A stretch of DNA of 64,000 bases from Hydrolagus affinis. Its lineage: Eukaryota. The notes below the pieces were generated by a model that did not search any database, was not told where the DNA came from, and saw only the letters and a program-made list of their open reading frames with translations. The stretch lies in contig JAAILG010000197.1 of the NCBI GenBank assembly GCA_012026655.1, forward strand, positions 1 to 64,000. Direction: 5' to 3'. Below are positions 1 through 10,870 of this stretch, piece by piece (the first letter of the stretch is position 1; each line of letters begins with the position of its first letter). A program made the translations under genes and the position numbers.

Positions 1-779
1 CAACATGCCCATATTAGAAGCGTTATCCAATGGTCACACACAATTGCTATATTTCTACAATACACAATTATCTGGTCACAAACTTCTGATCTGGTCTAAA
101 TCAGTCTAGACTGCCACATAAACACAAACGTGTTGTTACAGGGTCACACACAAAACTGCTACATTCCAACAGGAAGGATGGAAAAAATACACAGAATGAA
201 TGGCCATATTTTAGACGATCAAGCCTCTCATTAGATTTGTAACATAAGGATCTTGTTTGCACCAGAGATCCCATTCTGTGCAGTGGAGGTGCTGATGATG
301 ATCCCCTGCTTGATATTGCTCTGCACAGTTGCTGTGCAAGCTGCTACAGTAAAAATATGGTCATAGTAACGGCACCACAGAAATGATAATCAAACAAAAA
401 TAATATTAGAGAGAATTTCTGTAGTATTTCTTTATAAAGAAATGGAAAATTCCATGATCATTACTCTGGAATGCACCAGCTCGATCTACCTTGGCATTCC
501 TGAAATGAAAGGCGCTATATAAATGTAAATCGCATTGTATGTGAATTACACTGTATCTTCAAAGTAAGGTTTTCCCTCAAGTTGAAGTGATGTGTTTGAT
601 ATGCTCCCAAGGTCCAGGAAGGAGCTCCCACTTGAAAATCTTAAGAAATACCACAGAATTATCTCACTTCAAATGGCATGAATTTCAAATATGTTTAGAG
701 GACAAAAATATTTAGCTACAAATCAGTGTTATATTTTCCTCCACATTAAAACAAAATCTTACAAATCATCGTAGAAGAC

Positions 780-1102
780 ATAGAGAGCCAAGGGCATATT
801 TTATGCTAAGCACACTACAATTTCATTTTGCTAGGGTTCATTATTTTACACAAGAACATGACACTGGGAGAAACTCGTTTTTATTTTGATGACATAAGAT
901 CTCTAACATTGTCCTGAACACGCCAATGTGACATCAATTTAACAAGTCATCTGAAGAAAGGTATCCTCTGCAATGCCCACCCCCATTCACTACATCTGAG
1001 TGACACTCAAATGAAAAACTCCCAGTGCGGGGCTTAAACCCAAACCATCAAATTGCAAGGATGATTATTATCATTATTAAGAGTGCTGTCAAATGAGCCA
1101 AG
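780..1102 (-). mobile_element. Old tRNA-headed SINE (DeuSINE/SacSINE1-like), degraded
   Basis: Reverse strand gives a head (ccttggctcatttgacagcactc...ggtttgggtttaagcccc) and a body motif (ttcagatgacttgttaaa) similar to copies at 32345 and 53078. Confidence 0.55.
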
Positions 1103-1850
1103 GGGAAAAGGCATTACAAAGTCATTTAAATCATCCATTTCAATAACTCCCATGAAAAGGTGATACCATTTACTGATTAAGTTAATCTCTCTGTTAAACA
1201 GCAGAGTAAAATAAAATCAGCTTTCTTTGGATGACGCAGTACCTCAAACATTTTTGTTTAAGTCATCCTGTATTATCATTGTGAACCGTGATGCCAGGCA
1301 TCATTGCAAGCACACCTCGGAAATGAGTACAAGCCCATAAATATGGGGTGGGGTGGAGGGGGGAAATACACATTGTAAAGCATTATAGCTAAACCAAAGA
1401 GAGTGTACAGCTATTTAGATAATGTTTAGAAAGTACTCAAGATTAAGTTATGTGGGTTCTGATAGTATCTTCTTAATCCTGTACAGTTTACAGCCTTGTA
1501 ATTCACACTGAAGTGTCCATTATTTTCTACATAATGTGTGGCGGAGATGTAATTTACTGGTTTCACTGCAGCAAAAATGTTCATGCCTTGCTGTTCACGT
1601 GATATGATTAACCAGATTTATTATGCTCACTCATTCTGCCACACAACAATCACCAGCATCTTCAGCAGCTGGTAATGGAAGATAATTGTGGACTATTGTG
1701 GTTGTTTGCAGTTAGAGTGGTCGTTGCACCACTCTGACCATTTGAAAGCACAGCTTAATATCTGGTATTTATCATGCAAAATAATACAGTAGCTCTGATG
1801 TAGATTGTTTTGGATTGAAACACAGTTTGGGTTTTGAATAAACTTGAAAA

Positions 1851-2422
1851 CACCTTCTCTGGACCCATCCCTACTCTCCAGCTATCGCCCCATCTCCAAC
1901 CACCTATTCCTCTCGAAGGCCCTGGAATGAGTTGTTGCTTCCTAGCTTCGCTTCTTTCTCTCTCACCACTCGCTCCTCGAACCCCTTCAATCTGGCTTCT
2001 GTGAGCAGCACAGAGGCAGCCCTGGTCAAAGTGTCTAACGACATGCTAAACTGCGACCAGGACTCTCTTTGCCTCCTTGACCTCCTTGACCTCTCTGCCG
2101 ACTTCAACACTGTCGACCATTCCATCTTCCTACACCACTTCTCCTCCCTCCTCAATCTCTGTGGACCTGCCCTTGCCTGCTACCTGTCCCATCATCTACA
2201 CTTTATCGCCGCCAATGGCCTCTCTTCCAGCCCCTGCATTGCCTCCTTCAAGTCCCGCCTCAAAACTCTCCTCTTCGATGATCCAATCGGCAACTCCTCA
2301 ATCCCCCACTTCCCTCTCCACCCAGTCCCCAGCCCGGGTCTGACACAGTGACTGTCCAGCACCTTAGGACATCCTCCTGACATAAAAGGCGCTATACAAG
2401 TGTAATTTTGTTGTTGTAGTTG
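1851..2422 (+). mobile_element. L2-type LINE fragment: RT N-terminal region fused by internal deletion to the ORF2 C-terminus and 3' tail
   Basis: ORF 1932-2351 has STEAALVKVSND...LLDLSADFNTVDHSI (matches L2 STETAL..LLDLSAAFDTVDH), then SFKSRLKTLLF. Ends with ggacatcctcctgacataaaaggcgctatac and (TTG)n. Confidence 0.9.
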
Positions 2423-2676
2423 GTACAAATAAACATTATATTCCTTGCATTGAAATAAATAATTAATGATATATATAAATTTTTCATATACAAATGCCTG
2501 ATTTCCAGGTCATCAGGTCTCCGTGGACATCAATATCTGACACTGTGTTGGCATGCTATTTGGAAATTTTATTTGGAAATAGAAATTTACGTGTTGGGAA
2601 TAGAATTCACACTCTCTCCTAACTGAAACATGTGGAAAATAATAGGATGGCCAAACCCCAAGATTTGGGAATCCTA

Positions 2677-3539
2677 TAATGTGCTTCAACAAGACGGAAG
2701 CCCTCCTGATTGGCTCACGTCAGCGCCTCCGCACCTCAGGCGCTGACAACATCAGCATTCAAGGTTGCTCTCTCCACCTCTCGGAGCCAACCAGGAATCT
2801 GGGCTTCTTGTTTGACCCCAAACTATCCTCCCACCCCTGCCGCTCCATGACCGGCACAGCCTTCCATCACCTCCGCAATATTGCCAGACTCCACCACTCC
2901 CTCACCTCCCATGCTGCCGAAACTCTCATCCACGCCTTTATCCCTTCCAGGCTCGACTACGGGAACTCTCTCCTCGTCGACCTTCCCAGCTCCTCCCTTC
3001 ACAGGCTGCAAATCATTCAGAATTCTGCAGCTCATCTACTCTCCTGTACCAGGCTTCGCGACCACATCACTCCCACTCTCGCCCGTCTCCACTGGCTCCC
3101 CATCTCCCAGAGGATCAAATTCAAGATCCTTGTCCTCACTTTCAAGGCCATTCACGGCCTTGCCCCTGCCTATCTCTCTGAGCTACTGTCTTCCTAACAA
3201 CCTGCCCGCACCTTCCATTCAGCAGACTCAGGCCTGCTCCGCGTCCACCACCCTAACCGCCCAACCATCAGCAGCCGGGCATTCAGCCTCTCTGCTCCAA
3301 ACTGTGGAACTCCATCCCGCAGCCCCTCCGCTTTGCTTCCTCCCTTTCCTCCTTCAAGGCCGGTCTCAAGACCTTCCTCTTCGACCGCGCCCTCGGCTGC
3401 TCCACTAACTCTTCCCCCACTCCTTCCCCCTACCCCTGCCCTCCCCCCACTGCTTGGGTCCCGACCAGACTGTTCAGCGCTTTGGGACGTCCTCCCGACG
3501 TGAAAGGCGCTATATAAATGCAATTTTGTTATTGTTGTG
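2677..3539 (+). mobile_element. L2-type LINE 3' portion (ORF2 C-terminus, 3' UTR, stem-loop, TTG tail)
   Basis: ORF 2679-3197 has NKTEALLIG, RNLGFLFD, IHAFIPSRLDYGNSLL, LQIIQNSAA and HITPTLARLHWLPISQRIKFKIL, typical of L2 ORF2. 3' hairpin at 3476-3511. Confidence 0.95.
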
Positions 3540-4869
3540 TTGGGGTACAGCTGGGGTTTATCCAGCTCAAATCATGTAGCTTGCCATTACCATTTGCACA
3601 AGAAGGCTGCTAAATTCACTTCTTGGACCAATATGCACTCGCATACCACTGAAGAAGTGATCTTGGTGACCACACCTGAAAATTAACACTTTTGTATCAA
3701 TAAAATAATTACAAATAAACACGGAAATTATCTGACAGAAATCCAAACATTTTAAAAAAAATCATGCATTTGGTAAGTTTAGTTCAGGAGATATATGGAT
3801 AAAGAAATAGACATTCATTGCATAACATAAAACAGCAACTTTATTGTATAATAACTATGTCAAAAGGTATTGATTTCAACATAGGACTCCAAGCAACTCC
3901 CATTACTATTGTTCTTAATGCAGACTGAATGCAACAATCTAGAGTCTGGGTTTTGACAAAATACATTCCTTGGTTACAGGTACAAGCAAATGCTCCTGAG
4001 GCAATTAATTATTCTTAGGAAACTAATATATACTAATAATTTGTTACAAACAATTACACTCAGTCAGGACTCCTGGGGCCATTAAACATTTTATATCAAC
4101 TATCAATATTCAGAGAAATAATTACCTGTAACCAAAGAAAATAATTGACCAGTTTTGAATCACAAAGGCTTTTTAATACATCTATTTACATGTGCAAATT
4201 GTCACATTACAAGCACTGGAAAAATGATTTCAATTTCATTATTTGACAGAGGTTAGATTTCTAGATATTTAAACATAAGTTAACATTGGATAATAGAGCA
4301 CAGCAACATGATCAGACATTGATTTATAATATTAGTTTGGTTACTATCTTTAGAGAGTATGCCTTTGCCTCTGATCGTATCTTTGACTGCTAGGAATCTA
4401 ATAGCCTTCATCTATCGTTACATTACGACCTTCCTTACATGAGCCACAGGACCTCACAGATTGAACCATGAATTTCACCACTAAGTATTTTCTTGCAACT
4501 CCATCTCATGATTATTCTTTGTCTCAAAATATCTACTTCACCTCACATGGAATTGCTGAGATGTACCTCTATTCATGTGTAAAATGGCCTTGATGACTAT
4601 GTGCCTGTATCTTTCCAAGTTCTAGGTAATAAAATGTAAGGACAAAAACAACATGCATTACATAGCACACTTAATTAGAGGTGGGGTTCTGGAAGTGCTT
4701 GAAGGATATATTTCCTGGTGTGGCACTGAGCCATGTGGTATTGAGGTTCTTGTTTTATTCCATGTAATAATTTGGTCACACAATTCATGACTGTTTGTGG
4801 GACACTGCTGTGCTGTCGCGTTTCACCCACAAATTCAATTAATTTTGACAGTCAATTCATTTTACAGTA

Positions 4870-5013
4870 ACAACAAAACACAAAATACTACAGATCTAGA
4901 TATTGCAAAATATTACGACAGTTCTGACGAAGGGTCGTGGACCCGAAACGTTGACTCACTTTCCTTTCTCCATGGATGCTGCTGAGTTTTCCCAGCAACT
5001 TCTGTTTTTGTTT
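4870..5013 (+). mobile_element. Penelope-like mini-element carrying a hammerhead ribozyme, flanked by a ~12-bp direct repeat
   Basis: Flanks are cattttacagta (4858-4869) and cactttacagta (5014-5025). Internal sequence is shared with 5717-5941. Confidence 0.75.
4920..4956 (+). ncRNA. Minimal type I hammerhead ribozyme motif, core intact
   Basis: Stem I AGUU (4920-4923)/GACU (4953-4956); CUGACGA 4924-4930 followed by one extra A; stem II GGGUC-gug-GACCC; GAAA 4945-4948; palindromic ACGU stem III; GUU triad at 4950-4952. Confidence 0.75.
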
Positions 5014-5119
5014 CACTTTACAGTATATTCTGTGAAGCGCTTTGAGATGTCTAGAAGATGTGAAAAGCGCTATATCAAATGCAAGGATTATTATTATTAT
5101 GTCTTTGGTTAAATTAAAG

Positions 5120-5400
5120 GATTTCGGCTACAGCAATATTGCTCAGCAAATGATATCTGTGTCCTCTGGATAAGGGACAGGAAATTTCAACCAGGATTCC
5201 AACTCCTGGTCACTGTCCAGTAGTGTTGACAGGAAAACACTGGATGTCAAATAATATCAGAATTAGGCTTCGCAGTGATGCCTACAGGGGAAAAGCTGTC
5301 AACATTCACTAAGATCACATGTAAAGAATGACCACTTGGGAGGGAGACAAACTCAGGATGAGTCACTCACCTTAGGAAGAGAAGAGGGGGAGAAAACTGT
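5120..5400 (+). mobile_element. Old SINE family B (ends ...cttcaggagaggaggggagaaaa-like), degraded
   Basis: Motifs ccaggattcc..ctcctggtcactgtccagt, aagaatgaccacttggg and atgagtca..ccttaggaagagaagagggggagaaaa recur at 14160, 23610(-) and 42945(-). Confidence 0.6.
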
Positions 5401-5789
5401 AAACAAAATGGGATTGTAACAGTGCTTGGATATTCTTTTATTTCACCTGCTTTGATGCAAATTTAATATTAGTCCTGCATCACCATTTTACAAATAATAA
5501 GGCAAGCTTGTTGTAATTTCTGGTGACTCAGGGCACGGATATTAATAAGATCAGTAGAGCAAGCTGGTGGGGAGCTGCAGGGTGATGTACCCAACAGCAG
5601 GTCTTCATTTCTGCCGCTGCTGGGGCAGGAATTCTCTTCAAAATTAGGTAAGCAGAGTTCACCGCTCCAGGGAGAGTGCATGAATTCCATTGCAGACACG
5701 ATGTACAGTACTCTCAAAATGTGCAAAATACTGCAGATGCTGGAAATTTGAAACAAAAACAGAAATTGCTGGGAACACTCAGCAGGTCA

Positions 5790-5846
5790 ACCACAACTTC
5801 GATTTATATAACGCCCTCCACACCGGGCGGCGTCTCAGAGCGCTTC
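5790..5846 (-). mobile_element. L2/SINE-type 3' stem-loop tail fragment nested in the Penelope-like element
   Basis: Reverse complement reads tgaagcgctctgagacgccgcccggtgtggagggcgttatataaatcgaagttgtggt, the same architecture as the other L2 tails. Confidence 0.75.
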
Positions 5847-5883
5847 AGTTCTGACGAAGGGTCATAGACCCAAAATTTTGACT
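5847..5883 (+). ncRNA. Hammerhead ribozyme relic, probably inactive
   Basis: CUGACGA 5851-5857 and stem II GGGUC-aua-GACCC are retained, but GAAAC GUU is changed to AAAAU UUU. Confidence 0.65.
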
Positions 5884-7224
5884 CACTTTTCCTTTCTCCA
5901 TAGATGCCATCTGACCTGCTGAGTGTTCCCAATGATTTCTGTACAATGTGCTCTCAGGCTGGTTTGGATACTGATCAAAAATATGATAATTAAATGTGGT
6001 GATGAGTTTCTGCATGTGTCAGACACACAGCTGACAAAAAAAAAGTGAGATGCAGAATGGCGTTAAGAAAATTGCAATGTTGACCCTTCATCTCCACCTA
6101 TCAGTAAATCTTATTGTTGATTCTGTATTTACTTCAAAGCACTTTCGGCTGCTCATTTTTCAACTTCGACAACAAATTATCACTGACTGTAAAGACATTT
6201 CATTTTTGATTTAAGCAATATTCCATCATATCCTTAATTATTTCACAATAGTACAATCAAGTGAAACATGCGTCCAGCAAGGTCAATAGTCTTTGGTTCT
6301 TTCCAACCAAAGGAACATCTGGATATTCCCCATGGCAAAATAATTATAATTTAAAACTGGCCAGCTTTCCAGTAGCAGAGGAGGTTCCCGTGACCTTCAG
6401 ATTGCCATTACTGTGTATGAAGCTTTGGATTTCAACCCCCATATATCAAGCATGCAGATTCAAAACACCAGTTGAAAGGCTATTATCCTTTTCAGCATGT
6501 TTCTGTCCTCCAGCAGTTTGGCAAGGATTAAAGTTTACACATGGATTCGATGACAAGCTATTGGCAATTGTATATTGGTCCTTGCCATAATGCTGCATGT
6601 CAACATGTTACTTGTAATATTTCCTAACCTGGTAAATTTCCTATCCAGGACAGGAAACATAATCAGTTCATTATTCACATGGCTGCTTGAAGGAATTAAT
6701 GGACTGCAGCAATAACTGCTAAGGGCTCTTCTGATCTGTCTTTGTTAAAACTCCTTTCTCTGATTCAATGAAGGTTTTGCATCTTTCTGTTTGTTGTTTT
6801 TGTTTCTATTTATGCTAAAGGACAGCACAGGCATTGTCTCAAATACAGCTCAAGCAGGACCTCTTTGTCAGTTTGTAGAGCGGTGGCTCACTATCTTATC
6901 ATAACGTATGTCTAAATGCAGTGAAACTACTATTATTATTGTATTATTATTATTATTGTTAGTGTTGGCCTCTTATGTCATATCAGAATCTTCATTCACT
7001 GTTTTTTTTTACCTGTGGTTTCAAGCAAAGTGAATTCCAAAACATATGTATTTACTCAGGTCAGATTTAGCTTTGATCAGATTCAGGAAAGTCAAAATCC
7101 ATTGGAACAGGGCAGGGCTGGAGTGGAATAGAGCTGAATGGTTACATTGATTTAAAAATGTGTGCACTGGCATTGGGAGTAACACTTTGAAGTTGGGAAA
7201 TTATCCTGCCAAAATGTTACTCAT

Positions 7225-7410
7225 ATAGATTGACTTACAGCACAGAAGCAGGCCAAACATCCGAGTCAGTTCTTGCCAGTATTTATACTCCATATGAGTC
7301 TCAATCTACTCCTCACTCCCTCCCATACCCTTCCATTCCCTTTCACATGTGTACATCCAGCTTCCTCTTAAATGCATCTCAACCATCTGATTCAACCACT
7401 TCTTCAACAG
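7225..7410 (-). mobile_element. CR1-type LINE 3' end, degraded
   Basis: tacagcacagaagcaggcc...tccagcttcctcttaaatgcatc...ttcaaccac resembles the reverse complement of a CR1 terminus (FKRKLD motif). Confidence 0.6.
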
Positions 7411-8439
7411 TCTTACATAGATTCTGCAGCAATATATGCATGCATATTGGGGTTGGAGCACATTCCTGCGATTTAAAATGATTAGCTTTAATATCAAATT
7501 ATCAGGACGTACCATAGTTATACAATTTTTCCATCATAGCAAGGAACATCCAACATATGTAAACATTATCATTGGGAACATACATCCAAATGTTATCATG
7601 CTACAGAGATGAATTATATGAATATGCAACTGTATTAAAATCCATCTCTAGCTTTGCAGATAGCTTGGTTAAAGGATTGGCTTCACGTGATATTAAAACA
7701 TTTTAAAATCTATAAAATACGTACAAAACAGGGAAAAGAGAGATAGTATTGCACTCAGAAATATTGTTTGTGGCCTCTCTCCTTCCTATCACTATCTAAA
7801 CAAAACCTAGGAGTGGTACATAGGGTCACTGGAAATCCATGCACATAACTGTTAATAGGGTATTCAATCATAAAATGCCATTAAATCCATTTTCTGTGCA
7901 GTGCTGGTTTGAATCATAGTTCTGATTGTTGATGGGCACTGTAATAAGGGAATTCTACCCTTGATGTTCCATCTAGGCTAGAAATACCATTCTCCAAAGT
8001 TGTAGTAAGCTTTCATAATAATATGAAACAATCCTGAAATTTCGGGCTTTGAAAATCCTTCTTGCATTCGCTCTCATGCAGGCAAGTGAGAACAAAAATC
8101 TGTTTATCTTGCAATGAAATTTGCAAGGAGTTTGCAGACAAGAGACAGTGGTAATTTAAAATAATGGACTATGAGGAATACCCAGTTCACAAGTAGGTGA
8201 TAATTTTTCTATTTAAATCTAAATTTGGATTTAAATATTTAAACCTGGATTTAGATTTGGTGTAGTCACATTGATTTGCCTGACACCTAATGCAATGAAT
8301 ACTTGGACAAATCAATGCGCTATAAATTAGCATTTTTATAATGCCCTTCATGTCAGGGGATGTACCAAGACACTGAAATAATTTGAAAAGGCATTTTATC
8401 AACTTGACATTGAGCAGCTTAATGATGGATTAATGAGGA

Positions 8440-8850
8440 ATAATTATAATAGTCATTGTATGTGATATAGCACCTTATCACAAACTTCAAAACTTCTCAA
8501 GGTGTTTCACAGGATTTACTGTCAAGTGTCATGACAGTTTTGTAGGCAAGCACAGCAATTAATTTGTGTACAGAAATATCCCACAAACAGCAATAGAGTG
8601 AATGATCAATTTTAAATGGAGAATTGTTGATCAGGATTTAACCTTTTCAAATAGTATCATGGAACATACCTGAAAAGACACATGGAATACATTCAGCACA
8701 TCATCTAAGGGAAACAATTTCCAGCAAAGTGGCTCTCTGCTGAATAACAACAACAACAACAACAAAATGACATGTTAAGGTTTAGCCTAGATTATGAGCT
8801 CAAAGTCCTGATGTGGGGATTGTAAAACTGCTATCACCTGAGCTAGACTG
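8440..8850 (-). mobile_element. Old DeuSINE-like copy with a ~30-bp L2 tail inserted at ~8745-8777
   Basis: Tail (tatagcaccttatcac), Deu-like segment (aatttgtgtacagaaatatcccacaaacagcaat) and head (ctcaaagtcctgatgtggggatt); internal (AAC)n-aaaatgacat. Confidence 0.6.
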
Positions 8851-10107
8851 GCAGTAAAATGACAGGATGTGGGGACTGTGGGAGGAGGATATGTGTGAGA
8901 AATAATCTGTCCTGAATAGTGGAACTTAATCTCAAGGTGCTCTTCTTACTTTTGCATTTTCAGTTTCTGTCTTTTACATGACTAATGCTGGTAATGAATG
9001 AAAAGAATGTGGTTGGTAATGATAAGTGACAGGCATAATAGGTCTAATGAAAATATTTGATTTACTTTAAAGAAGTTATCTTTCATTAGCCTAGGACCTG
9101 GAGATGCAATGTAGTATGACTTATGTTGGGGGGAATAATCTTTCAATTTCCCTAAATCTATTTTTCCAAGATGAGTTATCAGTTATATTAAGAAGGTACC
9201 AAGTGGAAGCAGTTTTAATTCATAATGTGTTCCCATTATTGAGAGCAACCATTGTTTCATTGACAGAACAAGCAAATCTTTGCAGTAGTGTCATTTGAGC
9301 AAATAATGTTTACATGGTTATTTACTTCATGATTGTTTGTTAGACATTGACGTGTCCAAATTGGCTTGCACCCTCGTCTATAAATATTGTGAAGATTTGG
9401 GAGTGTTGTCTCAATATGAAAGAGACTACTGTATATCAAATGCAAGTATTATTATTATATTATTATTTTCTTGGTTATAACTGTCCATTTTAAGAGTATA
9501 CCTAATAAATTCACCCTGCATTTTACTAGCGGTGGAAAGCAGCAAGATGACAAAAAGCTGGTAAAAATGTTTCCAAAGCATTACATGGACAGGTCTCATT
9601 TGTGGAACATTCATTTTGAAACCTGACTTTCTGTGGTGATGAAAAATTAATTACTATTTCGAATCACTAATCACAGATTAAAGAGAATGAGAGATTTGTT
9701 GTGTTGATGACTACCCTACACTGTCAGAAAAAAGAACAGAAGACATATATTTCTGATTTCTGCTAGGAGCAAGTGGTGATATGATCTGATAACAAAAGAT
9801 CTGCTAATGATCTATCCATTACAATCAATGGCTACTCTGAATAAGCAGAAAACACCCAATTTCATGCTTGGTTTCTATTGCAGATTAAATGACAAAAACA
9901 AGTTGGTGTAAAGAACTGCATAATGAAGGATTGTTCAGATATGCCAAGGCAAGAAGGCATATGGTTGTAAAGGACAATTTTAGGAGAGACCGCAGGAAGG
10001 TATTTTTTATCTAAATAGTAATTAAGTTTGAAATGTGTTACTCTGAAGGTTGGTTGAGGCAGGGACACTGAACTCATTTAAAACAATCAAATTACTGTAA
10101 GGAAAAT

Positions 10108-10870
10108 GCAACAACAACAACAAAATTACATTTATAGAGTGCCTTTCATGTCCCAAAGCAGATGTCAGGATCCGAGCATGGTGGAGGGGCAGGGTAGGGT
10201 GTAGCAGCATGGAAGCCCGATTGGAGGGTCTTGAGGAGGGAGTGGGACAAGTGGAAAGAGCAAAACTGGGAGGCAACGACTCTTTCAAGGACCTTGGACA
10301 GAAAAGGGAGTTTGGAGATGGGCCAGTAGTTGGAGAGCTGTGATGCATTAAGGGAAGGTTTCTTTGGAGTGGGGATGATAGTAGCTGTTTTGAGAGGGTT
10401 GGGAACATTGCCGGATGAAAGGAACAGGTTGATGGTGTCAGCGAGTAGTGGGGCAATGATGTGGAGCTGGGAGGTAAAGAGAGGGGTGGGGATGGGGTCC
10501 AGGGAGCAGATGGTGAGCTTCATGGTGGATATGGTGTTGACGAAAGAGGAGGGGGAGACATGTTCGAAAGTGTGGAAGGAGGGATGGATAGCAGTCGGAG
10601 TGTGGGAGGAAGGTGGGGAAGGGGTGGAAGTTGAAAGGGTGGTGACAGCTGAGTGGATTCCCTCGATTTTGGACTCGAGGAAATCCACTATCTCCTCACA
10701 ATAGGAGTTAGAGGCAAGAATCTGCTAAGTGTGGCGGAGAGGGCAGAGAAGCCGGTTGGTGGTGGAGAACAGGAGCCTAGTGTTGCCCTTCATCTCCAGG
10801 ATTATCCTGGAGTAGAAGGCCGTTTTGGCAGAGACCAGAGAAGAGCGGTAAGTTTACAGCAGTATTCTGG
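10108..10870 (-). mobile_element. L2-type LINE, pre-RT/RT N-terminal part fused by deletion to the 3' UTR and tail
   Basis: ORF 10146-10688(-) has CSLDPIPT, LKTATIIPTPKKPSL, SNYWPISKLPFLSKVLERVV and LQSGF, then jumps at ~10208 to the 3' UTR and (CAA)n tail. Confidence 0.92.

Larger units (their letters stand above)
4780..5101 (+). mobile_element. 3' half of the young L2-tailed SINE, interrupted by an insertion at 4870-5013
   Basis: ctgtttgtgggacactgctgtg...cagtcaattcattttacagta | insert | cactttacagtatattctgtgaagcgctttgag...(TTA)n; collinear with the full copy at 47049-47368. Confidence 0.9.
5717..5941. mobile_element. Penelope-like mini-element with inverted arms and a mutated hammerhead
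   Basis: Inverted repeat cagaaattgctgggaacactcagcaggtca (5760-5789) / tgacctgctgagtgttcccaatgatttctg (5912-5941). Degenerate flanking direct repeat tgtacagtactctca / tgtacaatgtgctctca. Confidence 0.75.

Noticed and set aside
25-170. Imperfect direct repeat ggtcacacacaa..gcta at the window start
   Set aside because: Two or three short degenerate copies at the window edge; cannot be interpreted.
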